DNA from: Clostridia bacterium
Lineage (GTDB): Bacteria > Bacillota > Clostridia > TANB77 > CAG-508
Assembly (NCBI GenBank): GCA_017512025.1
Contig: JAFWHH010000008.1
Location: 258,606 to 322,605 of the forward strand
DNA: 64,000 bases
Direction of reading: 5' to 3'
The notes below the pieces were generated by a model. That model did no database searches, had not been told where the DNA came from, and worked only from the letters and a program-made list of their open reading frames with translations. Positions 22,129 to 31,010 of the stretch are shown in pieces. Positions within the stretch are counted from its first letter, which is position 1. Each line of letters begins with the position of its first letter. A program made the translations under genes and the position numbers.

Positions 22129-22731
22129 TTATATTATTTTTTTATCACAAGGAGGTAATAATTGTTGTTCTCCTTTTTGAAATACAAATATTTTAATTAA
22201 TCCAATTATAACTGCACTAATTATTATATACATACAAGGTAAATTAAATGTTAATTCAATTATAATAGCAAGTGTGAACAATACTATATTAAGCTTATCT
22301 TGCAGTATACTCTTTCCCATTTGATAAATTGTTTCTAAAAAAATAACACATATGTATATCAAACATCCATTTAATGCAGATTGAACAAATCTAAGTTCCA
22401 ATACTTTATCTAAAAAACCATATATAACTAAAAAAATGATTAATGGTGCTATAGTATAACTAATTCCTGCTATAATGCCACCCAAAAATCCGGCTATTTT
22501 ATTTCCTAAATATGCAACTGCATTAGCGGTTATTGCTCCTGGACCAAGTCTTGCCATCGTAACAGAGTCAATAATATCATCTTGTTCAACCATCTTATGT
22601 TTTTTAACTAAGTTTTCTTCTAATATTGCGGACACAGCTGACATATTACCTAGAGATTCTAATCCAATTATAAAAAATACATATATTATTTTTAAATAAT
22701 TTCTTATATATTCTTTTATATTATTTTTCAT
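22129..22731 (-). CDS. Chromate transporter family protein (second half-size subunit)
   Basis: Hydrophobic ChrA-like half protein paired with 22741-23286, the typical two-gene short-ChrA arrangement. Confidence 0.65.
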   Translation of the reverse strand: MKNNIKEYIRNYLKIIYVFFIIGLESLGNMSAVSAILEENLVKKHKMVEQDDIIDSVTMARLGPGAITANAVAYLGNKIAGFLGGIIAGISYTIAPLIIFLVIYGFLDKVLELRFVQSALNGCLIYICVIFLETIYQMGKSILQDKLNIVLFTLAIIIELTFNLPCMYIIISAVIIGLIKIFVFQKGEQQLLPPCDKKII

Positions 22732-22740
22732 ATTCTCCTC

Positions 22741-23286
22741 CTACACCACAATAATTCCAGCCACAATTGTTGATGCAATCATCAATCCAATTGTTGGAAT
22801 TTTTTTAATTCTAGATACAAAAAAAATAATTATTCCTAAAGTAATTGCTTTAACATTTATTAAGTTGTTATCCACAAAAAATGCACTTTTGTATAAAGTT
22901 AGAGAGCTTGTGATCATAGCGGATAATGCTGCTACCCTTACAAGTTTTATAATATCATTTGCCTTATTATTACTTTGTATTTTTTTTATCATTTTAAAGC
23001 ATATTCCCATAAAACAAATTGCTGGAAGTACAAATGCAATATTAGCAATAAATGAGCCTATAATTCCATGTGCATTCATACCTACAATTGTTCCAATATT
23101 ACATGCAAGCGGACCTGGTGTTGCCTGGGATACCGACAAAATATTAGTAACTTCTTCAGCTTTTATCCAATTAGTTCTTTCTGCCATTTCATATACATAT
23201 GGAAGTGTCGCCATTCCTCCCCCAAATGAAAATGCTCCTATCTTTAGGAATTCAAAAAATAAATTTACTAAAACCAAATAAATCAC
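22741..23286 (-). CDS. Chromate transporter family protein (first half-size subunit)
   Basis: FLKIGAFSFGGGMATLP motif typical of the CHR family. Confidence 0.7.
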   Translation of the reverse strand: MIYLVLVNLFFEFLKIGAFSFGGGMATLPYVYEMAERTNWIKAEEVTNILSVSQATPGPLACNIGTIVGMNAHGIIGSFIANIAFVLPAICFMGICFKMIKKIQSNNKANDIIKLVRVAALSAMITSSLTLYKSAFFVDNNLINVKAITLGIIIFFVSRIKKIPTIGLMIASTIVAGIIVV

Positions 23287-23390
23287 ATCCTTTAATTATT
23301 TTTCTTAACAATAAAAGCCTGCCATAATGCTTTGTTATTTGCATTATAGCAGGCATTTTCAGCGATTTGAAATGCTTATATTTTATTTAA

Positions 23391-24302
23391 TTATATCATT
23401 TTGTTATAATTGTTATTTCTTTTCGTTTTATTTAGAAAATCCTTTAATTCCTTAACTAAATTCTTTAATTCTGTAGAGCTATTATCTTTTCTATAATAAA
23501 TTCCTATCTCTATTGGTGATATCTCAAAATCAACATCTAATACAGTATATAGCCCTTTTTCTAGCTCTTTTGCTAAATACATACTATTTGCAATACCAAC
23601 ACAATCATCAAATTCTTGAATAATCTGTGACATTGAAACAGAATCTATTCTTTTAACTTCACTACTTAAATTGAATTTGTCTATCAATTTTTGGAATGCA
23701 TTCGTTGAATTATTATCACCCCTTGGAATATAGATTATTTTTCCTTTTAAGTCTTCTATCTTTACTTTTTTCTTCTTGCATAAATCTGATTTATTGTTAG
23801 CAACCATATAAAAATCTATTTTACCTAGATCAATGTATTTATATTTGCTTTTATCATATTCATCATCATTATATTTTCTTAGTACTGCAATATCTATATC
23901 TCCGCTTAGAAGAGGATTATTTAATACTCTCGAATTATCAGTTATAGCTGTTATTTTTGAATTCTTATTTTTAGAATAAAAATCTGCAATTGGACCACTT
24001 AATACTTTACTTAGCATTGTTCCATATGTTGCTAAAATAATTTCATTAGACAAGCTATATTTTTTATCTACATCAACTATTTTTTCGATAGCTGTTGATA
24101 ATTCATTGTATAGTCTCTTCCCCGCTTCTGTTAATTCCATTCCATTTGTTCTTTTGAATAGAACCATGTTTAATTCATTTTCTAAATTTTTTATATGTCT
24201 TGTAACTGCTGGTTGTGATATATGAAGTTTTTCGCTTGCACGAGTTAAATTCTTTTCCTTTGCTACTTCAACAAATATTCTATATAATTCTAAATTTGCC
24301 AT
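23391..24302 (-). CDS. LysR-family transcriptional regulator
   Basis: N-terminal HTH LELYRIFVEVAKEKNLTRASEKLHISQPAVTRHIKNLE. About 300 aa. Confidence 0.85.
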   Translation of the reverse strand: MANLELYRIFVEVAKEKNLTRASEKLHISQPAVTRHIKNLENELNMVLFKRTNGMELTEAGKRLYNELSTAIEKIVDVDKKYSLSNEIILATYGTMLSKVLSGPIADFYSKNKNSKITAITDNSRVLNNPLLSGDIDIAVLRKYNDDEYDKSKYKYIDLGKIDFYMVANNKSDLCKKKKVKIEDLKGKIIYIPRGDNNSTNAFQKLIDKFNLSSEVKRIDSVSMSQIIQEFDDCVGIANSMYLAKELEKGLYTVLDVDFEISPIEIGIYYRKDNSSTELKNLVKELKDFLNKTKRNNNYNKMI

Positions 24303-24325
24303 ATACTACCTCCAACATGATAATT

Positions 24326-24835
24326 CTACTCCACTTCTTGAGCAGACTCCATTTTAAAATATTCTTTTAAATGAGGGTTTTCCGTTCCTCCTCTATAAAA
24401 ATATTGTACCTTTGAACGGATTAATCTATCTTTATCCTTAATTAAATCAGCAAGTTCACTTAGCTCTCTATCCACGATTGCATACTCCCCATCATACTCT
24501 ACAGCTAATATGCCCTCTTTTATCTCCTTTAATAACTTAAGTGCATCTTTTCTTACCATATCAACCAAGCTACCTTCTTTTACTTCTGGAACGTATACAG
24601 ATCTATTAATTGACTCTCTTCTTTCCAATGCTTTTTCTTTTTCACTAACAAGTTCAGCTATTTCTCTTATCTCTAGCTCAATAGCATTTTTTTGAGACAT
24701 TGTATATATTTCTCTATCGTAGCTATCGGATAAAGCTCTTAACTTCATTAACACTTCTTGTCTTGTTCCAATTATTATATTAATAAGCCACTCTCTTTTT
24801 TCTGGATTTTTATTAATTTGTCCCAAATTCAACAT
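24326..24835 (-). CDS. Hypothetical 169-aa protein (Glu/Lys-rich, probably helical)
   Basis: ORF only. No family recognised. Confidence 0.45.
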   Translation of the reverse strand: MLNLGQINKNPEKREWLINIIIGTRQEVLMKLRALSDSYDREIYTMSQKNAIELEIREIAELVSEKEKALERRESINRSVYVPEVKEGSLVDMVRKDALKLLKEIKEGILAVEYDGEYAIVDRELSELADLIKDKDRLIRSKVQYFYRGGTENPHLKEYFKMESAQEVE

Positions 24836-24926
24836 CCTTTCAAAACATTATTTTCCTTATTTTACCACATTTTCGTCATTTTGTGATATAATAGTAGAAA
24901 TTTTAGGAGTTTTTTAGGAGGATTTT

Positions 24927-25994
24927 ATGATTATTGAATATCCATCGTATTACAAAAGATTTAATTGTATAGCTTCTAAATGTAAAACAAGCTGTTGCTC
25001 TGCTGGCTGGGAAATACTTATTGATAAAGAAACAGCTGATTTTTACAAGTCTGTTCCAGGTGAATTTGGAGATAAATTACGCTCTAAAATTGACTTTGAA
25101 AAACAGTCTAAATTTAAATTAGAGCCTAATGGTAGATGTCCATTCTTAAATGAAAATAATTTATGTGATATATATATTAATCTTGGTGAAGACCATCTTT
25201 GCCAAATATGTACAGAGCATCCTAGATTCTATGAATGTTTTAAAGACAGAATTGAATGCGGACTTGGTATATACTGCGAGGAAGCTTGTAGAAGCGTATT
25301 GTCCCAAGAAGATAAATTTACTACATATACTGAAGAAACAAACGAAATATTTGATTGTGATTATAATGAAGAAGTATATGATTATCTTCGTGATAACAGA
25401 GCTAAAATATTTGAATATTTATCTGATAAATCTATGAGCTTAAATCAAAAAATTGCAGATATTTTATGGTTTGCAAATACCTTGCAACAGAATATAGATT
25501 CGGATATGTTAGATGATGAAGATATTTTTAATGTTTCTTCTGTTGAACAAAAAAATATTGAACCAATATTTAAATATTTATTAAAGCTAGAGCAAAACGA
25601 CTCTAACTGGTTTAATTATTTAAATAATTCTTTTGAAATATATAAAAATAATATGGATAAATTTGATTTATTTGAAAAAGAAAATTCAGACATTCAAAAG
25701 TATTTACAGAATCTTGCAATCTATTACATATATAGATACTTTTTACGTGGTATTTATAGCGAGGATATTCTTTCACCAATAAAATTCATGGCAGTTAGTA
25801 TTGCTATAATAAAGACATTATTCTTCTGTAAATGGATTAAACAAGGAAATTTAAATTACTCAGATTGTATTTATATTGTAAAAAAATATGCTGAAGAAAT
25901 TGAATGTAATGATGATAATATTATGAATTTACACATTGCTTGTTATGAAGTTGGAGATTTTTCTACAGAAAATCTTCTTAGCTTATATGTATAA
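24927..25994 (+). CDS. FliB/YkgJ-type Cys-rich protein (flagellin lysine-N-methylase family-like)
   Basis: N-terminus YYKRFNCIASKCKTSCCSAGWEI and a second cluster GRCPFLNENNLCDIY, as in the FliB family. Confidence 0.6.
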   Translation: MIIEYPSYYKRFNCIASKCKTSCCSAGWEILIDKETADFYKSVPGEFGDKLRSKIDFEKQSKFKLEPNGRCPFLNENNLCDIYINLGEDHLCQICTEHPRFYECFKDRIECGLGIYCEEACRSVLSQEDKFTTYTEETNEIFDCDYNEEVYDYLRDNRAKIFEYLSDKSMSLNQKIADILWFANTLQQNIDSDMLDDEDIFNVSSVEQKNIEPIFKYLLKLEQNDSNWFNYLNNSFEIYKNNMDKFDLFEKENSDIQKYLQNLAIYYIYRYFLRGIYSEDILSPIKFMAVSIAIIKTLFFCKWIKQGNLNYSDCIYIVKKYAEEIECNDDNIMNLHIACYEVGDFSTENLLSLYV

Positions 25995-26000
25995 ATATCA

Positions 26001-26036
26001 AAAAGGAGCCCATGGTATTTGCGGGGCTCCCTTTTG
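26001..26036. terminator. Bidirectional hairpin terminator
   Basis: GGAGCCC-12 nt-GGGCTCC flanked by A4 and T4/T5. Lies between convergent genes. Confidence 0.65.
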
Positions 26037-26138
26037 GTCTCGATTACACTCAATTGCCTGGGTTTAACCCCTGAGCGAAACCAACACTGCCTCAGTTTGA
26101 CGTTAATCTCTCTGAGTATCCGAGTTTAGCGTAGTTTC

Positions 26139-26435
26139 TTATCCTCCTTCTGCAAGATCTTCCACGACGGGCCAACTCTTTTTACGATTCTTAAGCCATG
26201 AATTGCGGAACGCCTTCGCACCAGACTTGGATCTGAATTCTGCAAAGGACTCCACTTGCTCAAGGTCTACAGGCCGTGTACCAACACGACATGCACCACA
26301 CTTCAAGGCAGCCTGCCTTCCAGCATTCGCCTCGTTGTCGTCGGTCGAACGGAAATTGACGATACTTCCTGCCTCATTCTGTTCAACCTTCTTCTGAGAG
26401 GGATTGGGGTTTTTGCCAGACTTTTGCTTTGCCAT
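26139..26435 (-). CDS. Island D: hypothetical 98-aa basic protein
   Basis: RBS AGAGGAGG lies 10 nt upstream of the ATG. GC-rich (about 50% by eye). MAKQKSGKNPNPSQKK... No family recognised. Confidence 0.55.
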   Translation of the reverse strand: MAKQKSGKNPNPSQKKVEQNEAGSIVNFRSTDDNEANAGRQAALKCGACRVGTRPVDLEQVESFAEFRSKSGAKAFRNSWLKNRKKSWPVVEDLAEGG

Positions 26436-26525
26436 GTGTCATTTACCTCCTCTTTAGAGAATATGAACTCATCATAACACATTAATTGGCGATGCACAAT
26501 GCTTCTAAAAAAATAATTTGTTTTT

Positions 26526-27998
26526 TTATTTTTCATTACTATCATCTATCTCTTCTGTATCTTCATCTTTAGATTTTCCATCGCTTGCTTGGCTTTCTTG
26601 AACCTTTTTTAGTTCATCTTCATATGCACGCTTTTGACCATTATCAAGTTTATAAATATCTATAGCTCTCTCTCTTGATTGAGCTTCATATGCAAGTCTT
26701 GGTGCAATTAGACGAGATACAAGACTGCTCTCTTTTTCACTTACAATTATTTGTTCAACTTTTTTGATAATATGTTTATTTCTCCATCCTTCAGTATAAA
26801 TTGCAGGTTCCTTTTTACTATCAATAGTTGACTTCAAAATTGTAAATGATCTATCACTTGATCTAGCTGTTAAAAATCTTCTGGAAAACTCATCATCATC
26901 GAATGTATATCCTCGAACTGCACTTACACAATCCACCCTAGAAACAGTCTTTGCTATTCCATTATCCTCTATTAGTTGTTCCATATCACCTAGTCTGGTT
27001 ATTACATCTTCTGCATAATCTCCAAGACATTTTTTCCACAGATTTTCAACATCAATATTAAGCTCTGAATTAAAATACCTTAATCTGTTTCTTAACACAT
27101 TAATTAATCTATATTCACAGCATGCAATTTCTTCCTTGAGAGCTTTAAGCTCTTCAATCGTATATGCCTCTGTATCTCTTAAACGATCTTCAATTTTACT
27201 TTGGCATATAGAGAACATTGAGTCTATACCAGCAATTATATCCTCATCTATCTCTTCTTTGCTCTTATTCTTTGGACTTCGTGATTCACTATTATCATAT
27301 AATGTCGAAAATAGAAGTGTTCCACCAACTTCAATCTCATCCAAAAATTCTTCTGCCTCGTATATTTCTTCACCAATTGAGCTTGCTAAAAACTTAGCTA
27401 ATTCTCGTCTTCCATTTAAAGAATGTTTTATAACATCTTGTTCATTAACACCATATGTTGCTTCAATAAAATCAAGAATAAAACTAATATCATCGTATCC
27501 AGATACGTTGCTATTAAATCCTCTATAATCATTTTCTACCGGATATGTTAATCTGTATGAACCTTTCTCAGCAATAAGCTCTTGAAATAAATTACTTCTT
27601 GTTCCAAGTATGTGATTTTGTTTATCCAATCTATCAATACCATGGTTATTCTTTAGCATAACATGGAACAACTCGTGAGCAATGATTTGATATATACGCT
27701 CTGGTGTCTCATTAAGAGTATCTTCTGAAATAAGGATTTCTTTATCCTCTCCACTATATATCGCTAGAGCATAATTATGCATAGCCATCTTTGACCTTGC
27801 CACAATTCTTATACGTTCAAGATTATTTGTTAAAGCCTCTAGATCGGTTCTTAATTCGCCATAAGTTCTATTAAATTGAGCAGCTCTTCTAAGTACAATA
27901 TCAGATATTATTGGCTTAAATCTTTCATCAATTGGAAGCTTTTTTACATATTTGTCAATTCTACTTTTTAAAACAAATTTACTAACTATTCTCTTCAT
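26526..27998 (-). CDS. Hypothetical 490-aa protein with HExxH zinc-metallopeptidase-like motif
   Basis: IIAHELFHVM motif. The remainder is unrecognised, with an acidic C-terminus. Confidence 0.5.
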   Translation of the reverse strand: MKRIVSKFVLKSRIDKYVKKLPIDERFKPIISDIVLRRAAQFNRTYGELRTDLEALTNNLERIRIVARSKMAMHNYALAIYSGEDKEILISEDTLNETPERIYQIIAHELFHVMLKNNHGIDRLDKQNHILGTRSNLFQELIAEKGSYRLTYPVENDYRGFNSNVSGYDDISFILDFIEATYGVNEQDVIKHSLNGRRELAKFLASSIGEEIYEAEEFLDEIEVGGTLLFSTLYDNSESRSPKNKSKEEIDEDIIAGIDSMFSICQSKIEDRLRDTEAYTIEELKALKEEIACCEYRLINVLRNRLRYFNSELNIDVENLWKKCLGDYAEDVITRLGDMEQLIEDNGIAKTVSRVDCVSAVRGYTFDDDEFSRRFLTARSSDRSFTILKSTIDSKKEPAIYTEGWRNKHIIKKVEQIIVSEKESSLVSRLIAPRLAYEAQSRERAIDIYKLDNGQKRAYEDELKKVQESQASDGKSKDEDTEEIDDSNEK

Positions 27999-28009
27999 TG
28001 TATCCTCTT

Positions 28010-28201
28010 TTATAAATCATCTGTAAAACCATGTTTAAATCTATCCATGATTTTATTAATTAATACAATATCTTTTTCTCTATCTAGAGCTTTTCCATTT
28101 TCTTCTTCGATACTACCATCATTAAACAGCAAATAATTCTTACCGCTCTCTTTTAATTTAATAATTACTTTCTTTGAATTATTTTCGCTCATAATTCTCA
28201 A
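28010..28201 (-). CDS. Hypothetical 63-aa protein, probably co-transcribed with 26526-27998
   Basis: Only an 11-nt gap to the downstream ORF. Confidence 0.4.
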   Translation of the reverse strand: MRIMSENNSKKVIIKLKESGKNYLLFNDGSIEEENGKALDREKDIVLINKIMDRFKHGFTDDL

Positions 28202-28317
28202 ACTCCTTCAAATTAACGGGATTATATCATTTTCATTACGCTTATACAATAATTATACTCTTTATAAAATAAAAATAAATAAAAAAAAGACACTTTTAAG
28301 TGTCTTTTTTATTTATT

Positions 28318-29106
28318 TTAATATTGTTGTTTTTTCTTTCCAGAAACAACTATAGCTACAATTATAATGATTGCAATTAATGCAAATACAATTACACCTG
28401 CAACTATTGCAACGATAATCCAAGTATTTTCTTCATCATCATCGTCATCGCTCTTTGATGATTTTTTCTTGCTTGTTTTTTCGTCTTCATCATCGTCATC
28501 ATCATCAGTATTTGTTATTTTGTTGTCTGTGTTAGTATTGTTTGTTGTGTTGTTTATAGTATTATTAACACTATTGATTACATTGTTTACAGTGTTAGTT
28601 GTACCTGTAGTAGTACCTGTTCCTGATGTTGAAGCACCAGTTACTTTGAATGAACTAACAATTCCTGTAGCTTCGCTTGAAGATAACCATGATTTCTCCA
28701 TAGCTCCTAATGTTAATACATAAACTTTGCTACCACCAATTACAGCATATTGCTCTAAATACATACCTGAAACGCTAGATACAATATGTAATGCATCCAT
28801 TCCATTTAATTTTGTGATTTCAGATTTTTCAATTACAATTCCACTATATGATTGCTTTAAGCTATCAATTGAATCTTGTAATGATGATTGAGAAATTGTT
28901 TCTCCTGATGTATTTTCAACAACTTGAACATTAACTGTTGATTTGCTTGTTGCATTAACCCAAGCGTTATCTCCTCCACTTGTATATGTTGATGGTATAT
29001 CAATTGAATATCCATCTCCAACGTATGCAAGTGCTGAGTTTCCAGCAAGCATAATTACCATCATTGCTATTATTGCAACGATTTTTGTGCATAATGATTT
29101 TTTCAT
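28318..29106 (-). CDS. Secreted protein with C-terminal TM anchor and N/T/D-rich linker (paralog of 29232-29810)
   Basis: Signal peptide. Conserved core YSIDIPSTY...VYVLTLGA. Low-complexity NNTINNTTNNTNTDN...DDDDDDEDE stretch. C-terminal hydrophobic anchor followed by KKKQQY. Confidence 0.65.
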   Translation of the reverse strand: MKKSLCTKIVAIIAMMVIMLAGNSALAYVGDGYSIDIPSTYTSGGDNAWVNATSKSTVNVQVVENTSGETISQSSLQDSIDSLKQSYSGIVIEKSEITKLNGMDALHIVSSVSGMYLEQYAVIGGSKVYVLTLGAMEKSWLSSSEATGIVSSFKVTGASTSGTGTTTGTTNTVNNVINSVNNTINNTTNNTNTDNKITNTDDDDDDEDEKTSKKKSSKSDDDDDEENTWIIVAIVAGVIVFALIAIIIIVAIVVSGKKKQQY

Positions 29107-29231
29107 TTACATCTCTCCCTTCATGATTACATTTATATCATAAATCTAATTTATGTTCAACTTATTATGATATTTTTTATTAATATATACATAAAAAAAA
29201 AGACATCCTACGATGTCTTTTTTATCTATAA

Positions 29232-29810
29232 TTAAGCTTGAGCTTTTTTCTTCTTCATGAAGTATACAGCAGCTCCAGCTATACCAGCGATAACAACGAT
29301 TGCTAATATAACACCTACAGCTGATCCTGATTTTGGCTCTTTGTAATTTTCAATCTTGAAAGATTTTAACATAGCTTTAACATCTTCTGATTCAGTAATA
29401 TCACCTGTTCCAGCAAATGTTAATACATAGATTTTTTCCTTTGTTGGGATAGCATATTGAACTATCTTCATTCCAGAATAGCTTGATTCAATGTATAAAC
29501 ATTTGTAATCATTAAGCTTTGTAACTTCTGATTTAGAAACTGTTAATCCAGCATATTGTTTCTTTAATTCTTCAACTGAATCATCTAAAGCAGATTTTGA
29601 TGCAGCTTCTCCCTTTGTATTTTTTTCGATTTGGATGTTGAATGATTGAGTATAACTTTTCATCCATGTTCTGTCACCCATTTCGCTATATGAAGATGGT
29701 ATATCAATAGACATTCCGTCTTCAGAGTATGCTAAAACTTTTCCACATGATACCATAATTCCTAGCATTAAAACTACGGCAAAAATTCTTGATAAGATTT
29801 TTTTATTCAT
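29232..29810 (-). CDS. Secreted protein with C-terminal TM anchor (paralog of 28318-29106)
   Basis: Start set at MNKKILSR (RBS AAAGGAGAG). Core MSIDIPSSY...IYVLTFAG aligns with the neighbour. Confidence 0.65.
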   Translation of the reverse strand: MNKKILSRIFAVVLMLGIMVSCGKVLAYSEDGMSIDIPSSYSEMGDRTWMKSYTQSFNIQIEKNTKGEAASKSALDDSVEELKKQYAGLTVSKSEVTKLNDYKCLYIESSYSGMKIVQYAIPTKEKIYVLTFAGTGDITESEDVKAMLKSFKIENYKEPKSGSAVGVILAIVVIAGIAGAAVYFMKKKKAQA

Positions 29811-29924
29811 TTTAATCTCTCCTTTCATGACAATTTTATATCATATTATGCTTTAATCTTCAACATTTTTATTTACAATATTTTCACAATAAGTATTTAC
29901 ATTTTTTTTATTTAGTTGTATAAT

Positions 29925-30070
29925 GCCGACTGTTACTCGGCATTTTTAATGCCTGATAATATTCGAATATTACGTAAGGCGGATACGCCGCCAGCGACAA
30001 TGACTCTGTCATTGTTCGTTTACCTCTTTAGAGAGCTCCGACTGAATTGCCTCAGTCGGAGCTCTTCTAT
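29925..30070 (+). ncRNA. Island E: orphan GC-rich structured element (candidate small RNA) behind a TTTACA-17-TATAAT promoter
   Basis: Promoter at 29896-29924. Four local hairpins: TGCCGA/TCGGCA followed by T5, TAATATTC/GAATATTA, GGCGG/CCGCC, and ACAATGAC/GTCATTGT. A 14-bp stem AGAGCTCCGACTGA/TCAGTCGGAGCTCT lies at 30032-30065. No RBS-supported ORF. Confidence 0.35.
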
Positions 30071-30125
30071 TATATATAAATTAATTAATATAAAAAAAAG
30101 TCCACGACTATTCGTGGACTTTATA

Positions 30126-31010
30126 TTATTTGTTATCGTCTGGTTCAGGTAATTCAAGAACAACTTTAATTTTCATTAGGTATCTAATACCTCTTATTAA
30201 CTTCATGTTCTTAATTCTTTCCCATAATGTAGGTTTTGTTTCTATGTTTTGTGTATAAGCCATTACATCCATAGATTCTTCATTTAATAATCCTGCTTCA
30301 TCTTGTTGTTCAGCAGCTACAACTGCAGTTTCTTCTGCAGTAGCTTGTTCAGCAAGTGGCTCAGCAACTTCGGCTTTCTTAGATTCTTCTATATTTTGAA
30401 TATCTTTTAATGACTCAGCTATTTCTATACCAATGTAACTTAGAGCTTTAGATCTATCTTCTATTCTCTCCATGTCTACTTCGATATATAAATTAGATTC
30501 TAAGTTAGATATTTTTGTATTAACTAAATTTAATGAATCAAGATATGTTTGTGTCTTTTTAGATTTTGCTCTACCCATTACACCCAATGAGTCCACAACA
30601 TCTTCTGGAACTTTTCCAGAAATATCTTGTACTAATTTCTTCCAGCTTGGAGATTTTTCATCTACTGCTGCAAGAACTTCTTTTAATTCAGTTGATAATC
30701 CAATATTTGTTTCTCTTTGACGAATTAATTCTTCTATCTTTTTAGTATTGTCTTCGAATTGTGAAGTTGCATATTCTACTAAATCATATGCAGCATCATA
30801 AACATCCCTTGGAAATGGCTCTTCCTTTGGATATTCCTCTAAATATGATTTGATAGAAGCTATTAAATCTAAAAAGTAGCTGTCTTGCTCCAATTGAACA
30901 ATTTGCTTCTTACTATTTGGATTTATCATCTTCTTTATTTTTTCTATATTAGCAAGAATCTTCTCTTCCGTAATTATCATTTTAACATTTCCGTTGCTAC
31001 TCTTAGCCAT
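30126..31010 (-). CDS. Hypothetical 294-aa protein
   Basis: RBS AAAGGAGG. No family recognised. Terminator hairpin at about 30083-30115. Confidence 0.5.
   Translation of the reverse strand: MAKSSNGNVKMIITEEKILANIEKIKKMINPNSKKQIVQLEQDSYFLDLIASIKSYLEEYPKEEPFPRDVYDAAYDLVEYATSQFEDNTKKIEELIRQRETNIGLSTELKEVLAAVDEKSPSWKKLVQDISGKVPEDVVDSLGVMGRAKSKKTQTYLDSLNLVNTKISNLESNLYIEVDMERIEDRSKALSYIGIEIAESLKDIQNIEESKKAEVAEPLAEQATAEETAVVAAEQQDEAGLLNEESMDVMAYTQNIETKPTLWERIKNMKLIRGIRYLMKIKVVLELPEPDDNK

Noticed and set aside
22129-23286. Split or frameshifted chromate transporter
   Set aside because: Two adjacent half-size ChrA-family genes are a known normal arrangement. Both ORFs are intact with their own starts.
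26203-26545. Alternative ORFs in island D (26203-26397 +, 26256-26477 +, 26303-26545 -)
   Set aside because: They are overlapping frames of the same GC-rich stretch. Only 26139-26435 (-) has a good RBS at the correct spacing.
28440-28640. Short imperfect DNA repeats that could be mistaken for a repeat array or CRISPR
   Set aside because: They lie inside a continuous ORF and encode an Asn/Thr/Asp low-complexity stalk. There is no repeat-spacer periodicity, and there are no cas genes anywhere in the window.
29916-30152. 78-aa ORF spanning the structured island E
   Set aside because: It has no Shine-Dalgarno. It starts inside the -10 box, runs through five hairpins and a terminator, and overlaps the 3' end of the convergent gene. 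A non-coding interpretation is preferred.
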